DNA of 64,000 nucleotides from a virus. The DNA is taken from IMG/VR virus record IMGVR_UViG_3300033153_013649, positions 95,838 to 159,837 of that record; one strand, 5' to 3'. The notes beneath the pieces are model-generated. The model was not told where the DNA came from, searched no databases, and saw only the letters and a list, made by a program, of their open reading frames with translations. Numbering within the stretch: position 1 is the first letter of the stretch; each line of letters opens with the position of its first letter. Shown one piece after another: positions 35,639 to 45,373 of the stretch. A program made the translations under genes and the position numbers.

Positions 35639-37090
35639 ATGAAACGGTTTAAACAAATCTTTACTCGATGTGAAGAAATTATATTAGAGGAAAAATTATC
35701 CGGGGTTAGTAAAGATCAATTTGCTCTTCGAAAACATCTTAATGATAGAATTAAGAATGATTTGAAAATTAAGATCTTTAAGAGTTCACGTAAGAAGATT
35801 CCTCATATAAGAGCCCCTCTTGGAAAAACAGATGCAGAAGTAAGAGATAAAATCAATAAACTTGGAAGATATTTAATACAACCTGCTGAAATTCAAATAT
35901 CTGCTAAGTTTCCTACATTTGTAATTACTACCCTCGATGATATTAGATTTGGAAAAAAAGGTCTTATTCATAAAGGAACAGAAGTTTATTTTGTTAACAA
36001 TCAAGAAACTTCTGGATTAATCAAAAAGAAAGAAACTTCTCCCGCTGGATTAGGATTAGGAGGAATGGAAATCACTGTTAGTAATTATATTAATATTATA
36101 ATGCAAAGAGTAAATCATGTACTTTCTGATCGTAAACAAATCATTCCCTTCTTCGAAGAATTACTTAGAAAATCTGCAACTGGTCAAGCTGTAACAAAAT
36201 TCGATAAATCCTATGAAGATATTTCATCTTCTGATATTGCAAACCTTGCTAATGATTTTGGTGAAATCACTGGAGCTATATGGTATGCAAAAGTAAAAAA
36301 AGGTACTAAAATATTTTTTCCTTCTGCTTCAAATGAACCTTTAATTGATTATAAGGTGTTTATTCCTGTTGGTAAAGGGAAATCAAAACGATTAATTTGG
36401 CAGGATATTAGTGCAAAAGCTGGGGCTGGAGCAAGCCCGAGTATTTCAGGTATAATTAGTTCATTGAATAATAATCCAAAGCTCTTTCTTAAAGATGGTA
36501 AATCTGTTAATGAGAAATATGTCAAAGTAAAAGATTTTATTAATGCTATAAACAATGAAGGAGTAGTAGAAGGTATTCTTTCTGCAAATAGAATTATGGA
36601 TTCGAAAGGATATAAAGTGGTTCAGAAAATAATAGGAACTACTTTAATTACAGAATCTGTAATTATTGATTATATGAGTAAATTCACCGATTGGGATACA
36701 AATCTAGATCCGAAAAAGAATGCTAAATTTCATTTACTCAAATTATATGATGTAATAGGAAGGAAAATTAAAGCCGAAGAAGCACGTAAATTATTTGCTA
36801 TTACACGAGGTCTAGATCCGAAAACTCGTGGATCAAGATTAATGGGATATATTTCTGCCCCTCTTGGATATCATATTGTTGATATAGTAAATCAACTTCC
36901 AGAATTTAATAATTTTCTTAATGATGCTCTTCGAAGTATTCAAATAATTCAAATTTATATAAATATAACAAAACGACAGATTTCTTATAAAATTAAAGAC
37001 TTTAAAGAATCAAATTTTAAATGGAAATATTCTGGTAGTGCACCAAATCCAAAAGTGAAAAAAATTGGTTTTGAATTAAAGAAAAAATAA
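35639..37090 (+). CDS. CTS-like leader plus putative PD-(D/E)XK nuclease-like domain
   Basis: MKRFKQIF..EEIILEE; DFGE..GA...FP..SNEPLIDY...ISAK. Confidence 0.55.
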   Translation: MKRFKQIFTRCEEIILEEKLSGVSKDQFALRKHLNDRIKNDLKIKIFKSSRKKIPHIRAPLGKTDAEVRDKINKLGRYLIQPAEIQISAKFPTFVITTLDDIRFGKKGLIHKGTEVYFVNNQETSGLIKKKETSPAGLGLGGMEITVSNYINIIMQRVNHVLSDRKQIIPFFEELLRKSATGQAVTKFDKSYEDISSSDIANLANDFGEITGAIWYAKVKKGTKIFFPSASNEPLIDYKVFIPVGKGKSKRLIWQDISAKAGAGASPSISGIISSLNNNPKLFLKDGKSVNEKYVKVKDFINAINNEGVVEGILSANRIMDSKGYKVVQKIIGTTLITESVIIDYMSKFTDWDTNLDPKKNAKFHLLKLYDVIGRKIKAEEARKLFAITRGLDPKTRGSRLMGYISAPLGYHIVDIVNQLPEFNNFLNDALRSIQIIQIYINITKRQISYKIKDFKESNFKWKYSGSAPNPKVKKIGFELKKK

Positions 37091-37788
37091 TGAATAGATT
37101 TAAGGAAATATATTTTTCTGAACCTTTATTAGAAGGAATTTATGATCCATCTATATTTAAAGGAATATTTATAGCTGGAGGCTCTGGTAGTGGAAAGAGT
37201 TTTATTACCGGGAAAGTAGTTCCCGGGCACGGATTTAAAATAATCAATTCAGATATTTTATTTGAAAGAATGATGAAGAAAGCTAATTTAGATCTTGATT
37301 TAGAAAAATTAAATACTAAACAACTTATCAAAAAGGATGAAATAAGAGCAAGAGCAAAAGAATTAACATTAAAAACAAAAAATAGATTTATTAAAAATCA
37401 CTTAGGATTAGTGATAGATGGTACAGGTCGAGATACGACTGTTATTGAACTACAAAAAAGAAGATTAGAATCTAACGGATATGATACTTTTATGATCTTT
37501 GTTAATACTTCTTTAGAGGTTGCTTTAGAAAGAAACGCTAATAGATTAAGAAAATTACCGGAAGATATGATAAAGAAATTTTGGAAAGATACTCAGAAAA
37601 ATATTGGCAGATATCAAAATATGTTTGGACCCTCGAATTTTTTAATTATAGATAATAATCATGTAGATGAAAAAATTTTAAATAAAGTTTGGAAATTAAT
37701 TAGTAAATTTGAAAAGAAACCAATTCAAAACCCAATTGCTAAAAATTTTATTGAAGCAGATAAAATAACGAGAGGAATAAAACAATGA
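37090..37788 (+). CDS. CTS-like leader plus P-loop kinase (AAA_33/zeta-toxin/PNK-like)
   Basis: MNRFKEIY..EPLLE; GGSGSGKS, INSD, VIDGTG, ALERNANR.R. Confidence 0.8.
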   Translation: MNRFKEIYFSEPLLEGIYDPSIFKGIFIAGGSGSGKSFITGKVVPGHGFKIINSDILFERMMKKANLDLDLEKLNTKQLIKKDEIRARAKELTLKTKNRFIKNHLGLVIDGTGRDTTVIELQKRRLESNGYDTFMIFVNTSLEVALERNANRLRKLPEDMIKKFWKDTQKNIGRYQNMFGPSNFLIIDNNHVDEKILNKVWKLISKFEKKPIQNPIAKNFIEADKITRGIKQ

Positions 37789-38117
37789 AATATAAAGAAA
37801 TTTTAAATGAAAAAATGAATCAAGAACATCATTATTTTGATGAACGATCGAAGAAATATATTCTTGCTGTTGGACCAAATCTTTATGAAGCTCGTAAAAT
37901 CGTAACTGGAAAGATAGGAGAAGAGCCAAAAAACGAAGTTATATTTGTAAAAATGGATTCTTCAGATGAAAAGAAAGCATTTCGACAGTTAGGGAAAGAT
38001 CTTCAACTTATAAAAAGAAAAGATTTTTTAAAGAAAATTTCTAAAAATTGGGGTATAAAAATTAACAATATTCATACAAGTACAAGATTATCAAAATTAG
38101 ATCTAAGAGAACTTTAA
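37785..38117 (+). CDS. Putative internal protein with CTS-like leader
   Basis: MKYKEILNE. Confidence 0.65.
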   Translation: MKYKEILNEKMNQEHHYFDERSKKYILAVGPNLYEARKIVTGKIGEEPKNEVIFVKMDSSDEKKAFRQLGKDLQLIKRKDFLKKISKNWGIKINNIHTSTRLSKLDLREL

Positions 38118-38119
38118 AT

Positions 38120-38365
38120 ATGAAATATAAAGAAATTCTTGAAAAGCAATGGCTTAAAGATGTTAAACCAAAATATCATCCTCCTGAAGGAACTTTTACA
38201 AAAAAAGCTGCTGCAATTGCGGCTCAATTATTAAAAGATTCTTCTTCTCCAGCTCAAGCAATGCAAAGATTAAATTTTTACATTAATCGTGCAGGAAAAG
38301 ATTTAACAAATAAAGCTGAATTAGAAAAAGCCAAAGACATTATTTCGAAAAAAATAGAATCATAA
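38120..38365 (+). CDS. CTS-like leader plus small domain resembling DUF3175
   Basis: MKYKEILE; PPEGTF....IA..L......AM.RLNFYINRAGK.L. Confidence 0.65.
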   Translation: MKYKEILEKQWLKDVKPKYHPPEGTFTKKAAAIAAQLLKDSSSPAQAMQRLNFYINRAGKDLTNKAELEKAKDIISKKIES

Positions 38366-38369
38366 TAAA

Positions 38370-38855
38370 ATGGTCAAATTTAAAGAAATATATTTAGATC
38401 CAAGGAGTATTCCAGAACCAACGGAGAAACAGATTAAATCTGGAAAATATCCAAAAAGATTAATTAAATGGCACGGATTAAAAATTCGAATTGAAAACGA
38501 AGAGGGAACAATCAGAAGAGGAATTGGACCCGATGGGATTCCTTGGGAAACAGAATTCAAGTATCCATACGGATATATCGAAGGATTCAAAGGATTAGAT
38601 AAAGATGAATTAGATGTATTTGTTGGTCCTTTAATTAACTTTCCTCCAGCAAATAAAGTATATATTGTTAATCAGGTTAAAGATGACGGATCACCAGACG
38701 AAGAAAAAATTATTATAGGAGTCGATAGTAAAGATTCTGCTAAAAAAGTATATCTTTCAAATTATGAAATAGGATGGAAAAATTATAGAAAAATAGAAGA
38801 AATGAGTATTAGAGAATTTTTATTATGGATACATAATAAAAACAATAGATCTTAA
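38370..38855 (+). CDS. CTS-like leader plus inorganic pyrophosphatase-like domain
   Basis: MVKFKEIY; IEN..G..R.G, YGYI....G.D.DELDVFVG, DEEK..IG, YL.NY..GW. Confidence 0.75.
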   Translation: MVKFKEIYLDPRSIPEPTEKQIKSGKYPKRLIKWHGLKIRIENEEGTIRRGIGPDGIPWETEFKYPYGYIEGFKGLDKDELDVFVGPLINFPPANKVYIVNQVKDDGSPDEEKIIIGVDSKDSAKKVYLSNYEIGWKNYRKIEEMSIREFLLWIHNKNNRS

Positions 38856-38916
38856 TAGGAAATAAAAAATATGAACTGCCGAGATTCAAAGAAACTAAAG
38901 AAAGAACGAGAAAATC

Positions 38917-40050
38917 TTGGATAAAAAAAAGCAAAAAATAATGATTAAGGAGGAGTGGTCAAGTCCGTATAATCCATTTAATACATTTAAAGCTTTAATT
39001 TGGAGAGAATGGTTTGAAGGGATTGTAAACGGAGAATTTTTACCCCCTGTTACATTAGATACAGATCCTTCTAATATTTGTAATTTTAAATGTATATGGT
39101 GTAACTCCTATCAAATTCATTGTAAAGATCAGATGTTACCCGAAGAACATCTTATTGCTCTTGCAAAATTTTATGGTGAATGGGGAATTAAATCTACATG
39201 CGTTGCTGGGGGAGGTGAGCCTCTAACAAATCCAGGATTCAATAATTTTATAATACATTTATCTAAGAACAAAGTACAGTCAGGAGTAGTAACTAATGGT
39301 TCACTTATGACTGACGATCATATAAATACTATAGTCCGCAACTCTCGTTTTTGTGGATTTTCAATGGATGCTGGTAAACCAGAAACGTATGCTAAAGTGA
39401 AAGGTCTAAGGAAAAAACAAGGGGAACAAATCTTTATAAAGGTAGTTGATAATATTGCAAAGATGGCCAAAGAAGCATCGAAATTTAAATCTGAATTTAG
39501 AATAGGATATAAATATCTTATTCACCCAGATAATGCTCTTGAAATATACGATGCTGCTGTTCTGGCTAAAAATCTTGGAATTGATGATTTTCACCTAAGA
39601 CCCGTTGGCTGGGATAATATTAACATTACTAGAAAAAAGGATCCAATTTCTTTTAAAGGATTATTAGATGAAATAAATGACCAGATCCAACGCGCGCTGG
39701 AGTTAGAAGACAACAAATTCAAATTCTTTGGAGTGAGACATAAGTTTAGTCCAGATATGAAAAAGAAAGTTAACTTCTCTAAATGTCGAGCATTACCATT
39801 ACATCTAACTTTTGGAGCTGATGGAAACGTACATTTATGCTTTGACAGAAGGGGGGATAAAGATTTAATACTATGTAAACATTTCCCAGAAGTTAAAGAA
39901 GTACTTACTGTTTGGGGTTCAGATTATCACAAGGAAATGATGGATAAAATAAATCCGGAAAAAGACTGTCCAAGGTGTACTCTCGGTCCCCATCAGGAAA
40001 TAATAGAAAAAGTATTCATGAAAGATGATATGTGCAGAATGTTTCCATAA
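38917..40050 (+). CDS. Radical SAM protein with SPASM/twitch-like C-terminus
   Basis: CNFKCIWC, GGGEP, TNG, C...GADGNV..C, CPRC. Confidence 0.9.
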   Translation: MDKKKQKIMIKEEWSSPYNPFNTFKALIWREWFEGIVNGEFLPPVTLDTDPSNICNFKCIWCNSYQIHCKDQMLPEEHLIALAKFYGEWGIKSTCVAGGGEPLTNPGFNNFIIHLSKNKVQSGVVTNGSLMTDDHINTIVRNSRFCGFSMDAGKPETYAKVKGLRKKQGEQIFIKVVDNIAKMAKEASKFKSEFRIGYKYLIHPDNALEIYDAAVLAKNLGIDDFHLRPVGWDNINITRKKDPISFKGLLDEINDQIQRALELEDNKFKFFGVRHKFSPDMKKKVNFSKCRALPLHLTFGADGNVHLCFDRRGDKDLILCKHFPEVKEVLTVWGSDYHKEMMDKINPEKDCPRCTLGPHQEIIEKVFMKDDMCRMFP

Positions 40051-40091
40051 TGATGGATTTTATAAATAATATTATAAAAAGATAAATTATA

Positions 40092-40490
40092 ATGAAATAT
40101 TCGGAAGTATTAGTTTTAATTGAAGCTAGATCTGGATCTCAAGATACCTTCAAAGTTATGAAAAATTTTATATTCACAAATAGTATAAGTGGTACAAGAA
40201 AAAAATTAAAATCTTGGGAAATAGATCCAAAATATTCAAACAAATTAACAATTATAGCGTTTGAAAAAGGAACAGGAAATCTAGTAGTCGCAGAAGAAGG
40301 AGACGAAAACACAGAAGATTTTGTTTTAGTAGAAAAAGACCAATGGGAAAAAGCTCTTAAAGAAAAAGCCATAAAGCAGATTGGAAATAATTATAATGAA
40401 TTTTTAAATTGGCTTAAAGAAGGAGGGATTAATCCAAAAGGTTATTTATTAGATTTAAAAGATGCTTTCGGGAAAACTTTTAAATATTAA
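40092..40490 (+). CDS. Putative internal protein, paralog of 42257..42847
   Basis: MKYSEVL..IE; SQDTFKVMK.F.FT shared. Confidence 0.65.
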   Translation: MKYSEVLVLIEARSGSQDTFKVMKNFIFTNSISGTRKKLKSWEIDPKYSNKLTIIAFEKGTGNLVVAEEGDENTEDFVLVEKDQWEKALKEKAIKQIGNNYNEFLNWLKEGGINPKGYLLDLKDAFGKTFKY

Positions 40491-40533
40491 AAATTATGAG
40501 AAAACCTTTTAAAACAAAATAAGGTAAATTATA

Positions 40534-41043
40534 ATGAAATATTCTGAAATATTAGCAGAAGCAAATAAAAAACCTAAAGTTCCATCTAGAGTACCAAAAA
40601 CCCTCAAAGAAGTTTATAAGGCTTGGGGATCTATTCCAAAAACGCATGAAGAAGCCGTTGAGATGATGCATTGGTTTGGTAAAACATTTTCTAAAAAATT
40701 AAATAAAGAAGTTTTTGAAGTAACCAAAAAATGTATTGTTGAATCTTATGCTTGGGGCCCCTTTGAATGTGATGAAGGAGGTATTACTGATGCTTGGTGG
40801 AAAAAAGCATTCTTAGATTCAGCGTATGATGAAGAATATATAGAAGAAACAAAATTATATGCTAAAGCTAATAAAATGTCAGTTGATAAAATTCGAAAAA
40901 TCTGGAGTAAAGTTAAAGAGAATGTAGATGCTAATAATTTTATTCGGATGATGGATTGGATAACAGACGAATATGATGAACCGGCTATTTATTATTTATA
41001 CGTTAAAATGCCTACTTCTACCAATATGGATATTGGATATTAA
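40534..41043 (+). CDS. Putative internal protein with CTS-like leader
   Basis: MKYSEILAE. Confidence 0.65.
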   Translation: MKYSEILAEANKKPKVPSRVPKTLKEVYKAWGSIPKTHEEAVEMMHWFGKTFSKKLNKEVFEVTKKCIVESYAWGPFECDEGGITDAWWKKAFLDSAYDEEYIEETKLYAKANKMSVDKIRKIWSKVKENVDANNFIRMMDWITDEYDEPAIYYLYVKMPTSTNMDIGY

Positions 41044-42260
41044 TGCGAAATAGATTCAAACAAATCCTAAACGAATTAGTACATTTAGAGTACGAATATC
41101 GCGATCAGGGTAAAGAATTTATTAATAAATTATTTAATAAATTTGTTACTGTTACTGTGAAAGTTGATTTTGCTGCTCTTGCTGTAGAGAATACGGGTAG
41201 AAAAATCACGTATTGGGGAAGAGAAGGAAAGAAAGAAATAACTCCGGTCATTCGTAAGTCTTTTGATTATTATGAAGATGCTATTGCTTATTTAGAAACT
41301 AAAAACCTCACTAAGATCATTCCACCTGGTTGGAAAATATATTTCGAAATGGCTAATAATTACAACTTCGGCGCCATGGGAAATATGGTTATAGCTTATC
41401 CAAAACGTCCAAAAAATAATTTAGTCCTTAACTATGCTACAGATGGTTCAGGGAAACGTATTGTTCCTTCTGATCCAAAAGTACTTAAAATAGCAAAAGA
41501 TCTTGACGTGCATCCTCCAGTGGTATTGTTTGCTGGAAAATTAAACGGAGCACAGAAAAAGAAGATTCTCGACTTTTTCAATATGAACGAAGACGAAAGA
41601 AGAGATAAACTGGGGCATGAGAATTTTACTAACTATTTCGTCTCTCTCTTTAATTCTAAATTCTCTGGAATGATGGGAACTAGAATTATGGAAGGGCTAG
41701 TATTCTATTTCAATAATGATGAAAACGATGTTTATATGGCTAAGGTTATCGATCCAATGTTTAAAATCGAACACACCCTCTCCGGAGATGATCCACGTAC
41801 AGTAAAACTTAGAGAACTTGAAAATCGCAAACGGGGATGGTTCAAACAAATGGTGGGATGGATAAATAAAAATAGGGGTAAAATTAAAGTTCTTATAAGA
41901 AAAGTACAAATTCCTGATAATATTGTTGACTATGATGATAAATTTTTGTATATTATGGATGAAACAGCTTACCAATTATGGCTAAGAAATCTCAAACAAA
42001 AAATGGAGAAGGAATTTGAAGGTTACGTTGACGAAGAAAAGAACTTCAGAAATTTCAACTGGAAAGAATTTACAAACCCGCAACTCATATCTGAACTTAA
42101 AAAGAACGATGTTCTTAAATTATTTTACCGTGTATTTTCTGTTGTTTATTACCAAGAGCATAAAAGAGGATCCGGGAAAATCGGAGACAAGGAAAGTGTT
42201 GCAAAAATCAATGACCTAGCAAAATTCATCAAACAACATATTGAAAAGAGATTAAAATGA
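41043..42260 (+). CDS. CTS-like leader plus divergent ATP-grasp/RNA-ligase-like nucleotidyltransferase
   Basis: MRNRFKQILNE; motif I-like TVKVDF, IYFE, MEGLVF, MAKVID..F. Confidence 0.55.
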   Translation: MRNRFKQILNELVHLEYEYRDQGKEFINKLFNKFVTVTVKVDFAALAVENTGRKITYWGREGKKEITPVIRKSFDYYEDAIAYLETKNLTKIIPPGWKIYFEMANNYNFGAMGNMVIAYPKRPKNNLVLNYATDGSGKRIVPSDPKVLKIAKDLDVHPPVVLFAGKLNGAQKKKILDFFNMNEDERRDKLGHENFTNYFVSLFNSKFSGMMGTRIMEGLVFYFNNDENDVYMAKVIDPMFKIEHTLSGDDPRTVKLRELENRKRGWFKQMVGWINKNRGKIKVLIRKVQIPDNIVDYDDKFLYIMDETAYQLWLRNLKQKMEKEFEGYVDEEKNFRNFNWKEFTNPQLISELKKNDVLKLFYRVFSVVYYQEHKRGSGKIGDKESVAKINDLAKFIKQHIEKRLK

Positions 42261-42847
42261 AATATAAAGAAATATTAACAAAAGTTAAATCTAGAACTTC
42301 CTCTGGATCTGAAAAGGAAACATCACCACCTAAAGTTAAAATAAGATCTCAAGATACTTTCAAAGTTATGAAAAAATTTACATTTACAGATGTTACAATT
42401 GGAAGGCACCTTCCTCATGGCGGTGATAGGGGTAAGGCGGCGAAATTTTGGAAAATAAGCCCTAATCATCCAAGTAAATTAATGGTTTTAGCGTTTGATA
42501 TCAAATCTGGAGACTGTGTAGTAATAGATTATAATATAGTAAAATCAAAAGTAAAAAAAGCAGCTTTATATAAATATTTTTTAGTAAAAAAAGAAGAACT
42601 AGAAAGAGCTTTAGAAGAAGAAGCTCTAGAGTTTCTTGGTAATTTTAAAGGAGATTTTTTAAAGTGGATAGAAAAAGATAGAATTTTAAATTATTATCCT
42701 GATCAAGAATTATTTTATAGATCTCCCAAAATTTATAAATCTATGTTAGATAGAGCTATAGAAGGATTAGATGCAGTAGGTTTTTTATATTATTTAAAAT
42801 CAGAAATTTTTTTCTTTAGTAATCGATCCCTTAATTTCAAATATTAA
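42257..42847 (+). CDS. Putative internal protein, paralog of 40092..40490
   Basis: MKYKEIL; SQDTFKVMKKF. Confidence 0.65.
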   Translation: MKYKEILTKVKSRTSSGSEKETSPPKVKIRSQDTFKVMKKFTFTDVTIGRHLPHGGDRGKAAKFWKISPNHPSKLMVLAFDIKSGDCVVIDYNIVKSKVKKAALYKYFLVKKEELERALEEEALEFLGNFKGDFLKWIEKDRILNYYPDQELFYRSPKIYKSMLDRAIEGLDAVGFLYYLKSEIFFFSNRSLNFKY

Positions 42848-42862
42848 AAACAAGAGATTAAA

Positions 42863-43066
42863 ATGAGATATAAAGAAATATTAGAAAAATCCAAAAACTT
42901 ATCAATGCTAGATAAGCGCCAAATATCTATAGCAAAAAAAACTTTAAGTATGCCTGATGCAATGGGAGGAGTTATGGGAGGACCTAGTAAAAGAGAAGCT
43001 CGAGAAATTTTAATAAAATTTGGATATTCTGATAAAGAAATTAAAAAATTGGAAAAAGGGAAATGA
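42863..43066 (+). CDS. Putative internal protein with CTS-like leader
   Basis: MRYKEILE. Confidence 0.65.
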   Translation: MRYKEILEKSKNLSMLDKRQISIAKKTLSMPDAMGGVMGGPSKREAREILIKFGYSDKEIKKLEKGK

Positions 43067-43428
43067 AAATGAAATATAAAGAATTAAATCAATCTTTAAA
43101 TGAAGGGGTCAAAATAAAAGAAGAATGGATGTCTGAATATGGAGTTGGATATATTGAAATTGATGGAGCTGAATCTCAACATGGAACTCTTAAAGGAAGA
43201 ATTGATAGTGGATATACTACCGATGGAAAAGCAAGTATAGAAATTTCTACATCTGCTCAAAATTTCAAAATAAACTTTAAGCCCCCTAAATTTACAAATA
43301 AAGAATCTCGCAGCGAAGCAAATGCATGGGTTGCTGAAAGACTTGATAATATGAAAAAAGATCTTCTTAAATTAAAGGGAGATTTTGATAAAAAAGCTAT
43401 AACTATAGCAAAAAAATATTCAAAATAA
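43063..43428 (+). CDS. Putative internal protein with CTS-like leader
   Basis: MKYKEL...LNE. Confidence 0.65.
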   Translation: MKMKYKELNQSLNEGVKIKEEWMSEYGVGYIEIDGAESQHGTLKGRIDSGYTTDGKASIEISTSAQNFKINFKPPKFTNKESRSEANAWVAERLDNMKKDLLKLKGDFDKKAITIAKKYSK

Positions 43429-43473
43429 GAAAGAATTTCATAAGAAGATTTAGAATAAGTTATTTAAGAAATA

Positions 43474-44067
43474 ATGAAACGCTTTTTTTCTGAAATATTT
43501 AACGAAGCTCTCGATAAGAAAGAATTAGTACAAGCTTCTAAACCTGCAGTATTAATACAAGGTAGATTTCAACCTCTTACTTTAGGTCATACTACAGCAG
43601 CAAAAAATTTAATGAAAAAACATCCAGGAGGAAAACTAATCTTTGGAGTAGTCAGAGGCTTAGGAAGCTCAGAAAACAAAGAATTAAATCCTTTTTCTTT
43701 TAAAGAACAATCAAAATTTATTAAAAAAGTATTTCCTCAAGCGGTAATTATGGAATTCAAAAATGGATTTACCCCTGATAATATTCTCGAAGCTAGAAAA
43801 AAAGGATTTGAAATTATAGCTTTTATTGCTGGGGAAGATAGAATAAAAAGTTATAAAGAACAATTGAAATATTTTGATAAAATAAAAAGAGAAAATCCAG
43901 ATTTCGAAAAGCCTCAAGCAGTTCCAATCGGTATAAAAAGAGTTGGGGATATTTCAGCTACTAAAGTAAGAGAAGCTATAAGAAACAATGAAGAGAAAAT
44001 CTTCCGAGCTAATATGCCTAAAGCTCTTTATGATGAATTCGAATTTATGAAAAAAATAATCAAATGA
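43474..44067 (+). CDS. CTS-like leader plus HIGH-superfamily nucleotidyltransferase (cytidylyltransferase-like)
   Basis: MKRFFSEIFNE; GRFQPLTLGH, NPFS, AGEDR, ISATKVR. Confidence 0.85.
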   Translation: MKRFFSEIFNEALDKKELVQASKPAVLIQGRFQPLTLGHTTAAKNLMKKHPGGKLIFGVVRGLGSSENKELNPFSFKEQSKFIKKVFPQAVIMEFKNGFTPDNILEARKKGFEIIAFIAGEDRIKSYKEQLKYFDKIKRENPDFEKPQAVPIGIKRVGDISATKVREAIRNNEEKIFRANMPKALYDEFEFMKKIIK

Positions 44068-44220
44068 AAAAATCAGAAAAACCAAAAAAGAAAAAATCTT
44101 CTAGATCTGGATATCGATTTAAAGATTTATTAAAAGAACAAGATATTTTACTTATACATAAAATTCAAAATTCTCTTAGAGAAAACGAAAAAGAAAACCA
44201 AAAATAAAAAAAGAAAAAAG

Positions 44221-44619
44221 ATGACAATTTTCAGAGAAGCTTTAAACGAAAATAAAAATCGAATTACTAAAGCTATGCCAAGATCTTTGAAAAATAAGAT
44301 AATGAACGAAATTTACAAAAAAGTTCTCACAAATAAAACTTTTAAAGAAATTCCAATTAGTAAAATTTCAGAGATTTTCGAAAAACATGGCGCCGTTTTA
44401 CTTCAAGAGGATTATACTCCTTGGGCAGGCTTTTTACTTGGTTCAGAAGGAAGCGCTTCTATTATGATAGGAGACAAAAATCTCGGGCATCCCTTATCAG
44501 AAGAGAAATTTAATTCTTCGGGAGAATTCTGGTTTCCTCAATTCAAAAACGCTTGGTTTCAAATTCAATGGTATAAGTTACCGTCCGGGAATTATGAAAT
44601 AACTGCATATATTAGTTGA
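44221..44619 (+). CDS. Putative internal protein with CTS-like leader
   Basis: MTIFREALNE; WYKLPSGNYEITAYIS C-terminus. Confidence 0.65.
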   Translation: MTIFREALNENKNRITKAMPRSLKNKIMNEIYKKVLTNKTFKEIPISKISEIFEKHGAVLLQEDYTPWAGFLLGSEGSASIMIGDKNLGHPLSEEKFNSSGEFWFPQFKNAWFQIQWYKLPSGNYEITAYIS

Positions 44620-44662
44620 CAAACTAATCTTAGATTTAGTATATTATAAAAAAAGGAGAATA

Positions 44663-45364
44663 ATGGCTAAAGAATGTTTTTTTAGTATTCAGACTTCTAT
44701 GTCTGGTACTAATTGGGAACAATTTGCAAAAATACTTGGTTTATTTTATATTGATCCTTCTAATATTTCCGAAAACGTTTATAAATTTCGAGATGATATA
44801 TCTCAAAAAGAAATAGACGAATTTATAAAGAAGATATTTTTAAAGCATAAAGAATCTGAAGAATCTTTAATCGGATTTAATTCTGTAAATTATATTTTAA
44901 AATTCTTGTTCCAAAACACAACAAATCCAATAACAAAAAACATGTGTATTAAAATTGCTCGGGCAAAATGGCATTATGATGTTGCATATTCTCTTTATAA
45001 AAGTCTAGGATTTTTTATTGGAATAGTTCCAATATGTAAAGCTCATGATTTTAATTCTGACGGATACATGAATTTTACTGGGAATCCTATTGATCTTTAT
45101 GCTGGAGCTGAATATCCAAATCTTAGAAAAAAAGTTATTAGACATTCTATTCGCGGATTAAGAATGATAAAAAATATATATGATTATGCGAACAGATTCG
45201 GATATTTGAGTTGGATAACTTCTAAGGGGAAAGTCATGACGGCTCAATTACAAGACGGAATTCTACCTGTTAATGTACTTATAAATATTCCAGCCAAAGA
45301 TAATTCTTGGATGGATAATCCAATTACAGAAGAAAGCATTTGGAAATGGACACAAGGTAACTAA
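44663..45364 (+). CDS. Early hypothetical protein
   Basis: Promoter at 44616; AGGAG RBS. Confidence 0.65.
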   Translation: MAKECFFSIQTSMSGTNWEQFAKILGLFYIDPSNISENVYKFRDDISQKEIDEFIKKIFLKHKESEESLIGFNSVNYILKFLFQNTTNPITKNMCIKIARAKWHYDVAYSLYKSLGFFIGIVPICKAHDFNSDGYMNFTGNPIDLYAGAEYPNLRKKVIRHSIRGLRMIKNIYDYANRFGYLSWITSKGKVMTAQLQDGILPVNVLINIPAKDNSWMDNPITEESIWKWTQGN

Positions 45365-45373
45365 ATATAATAT

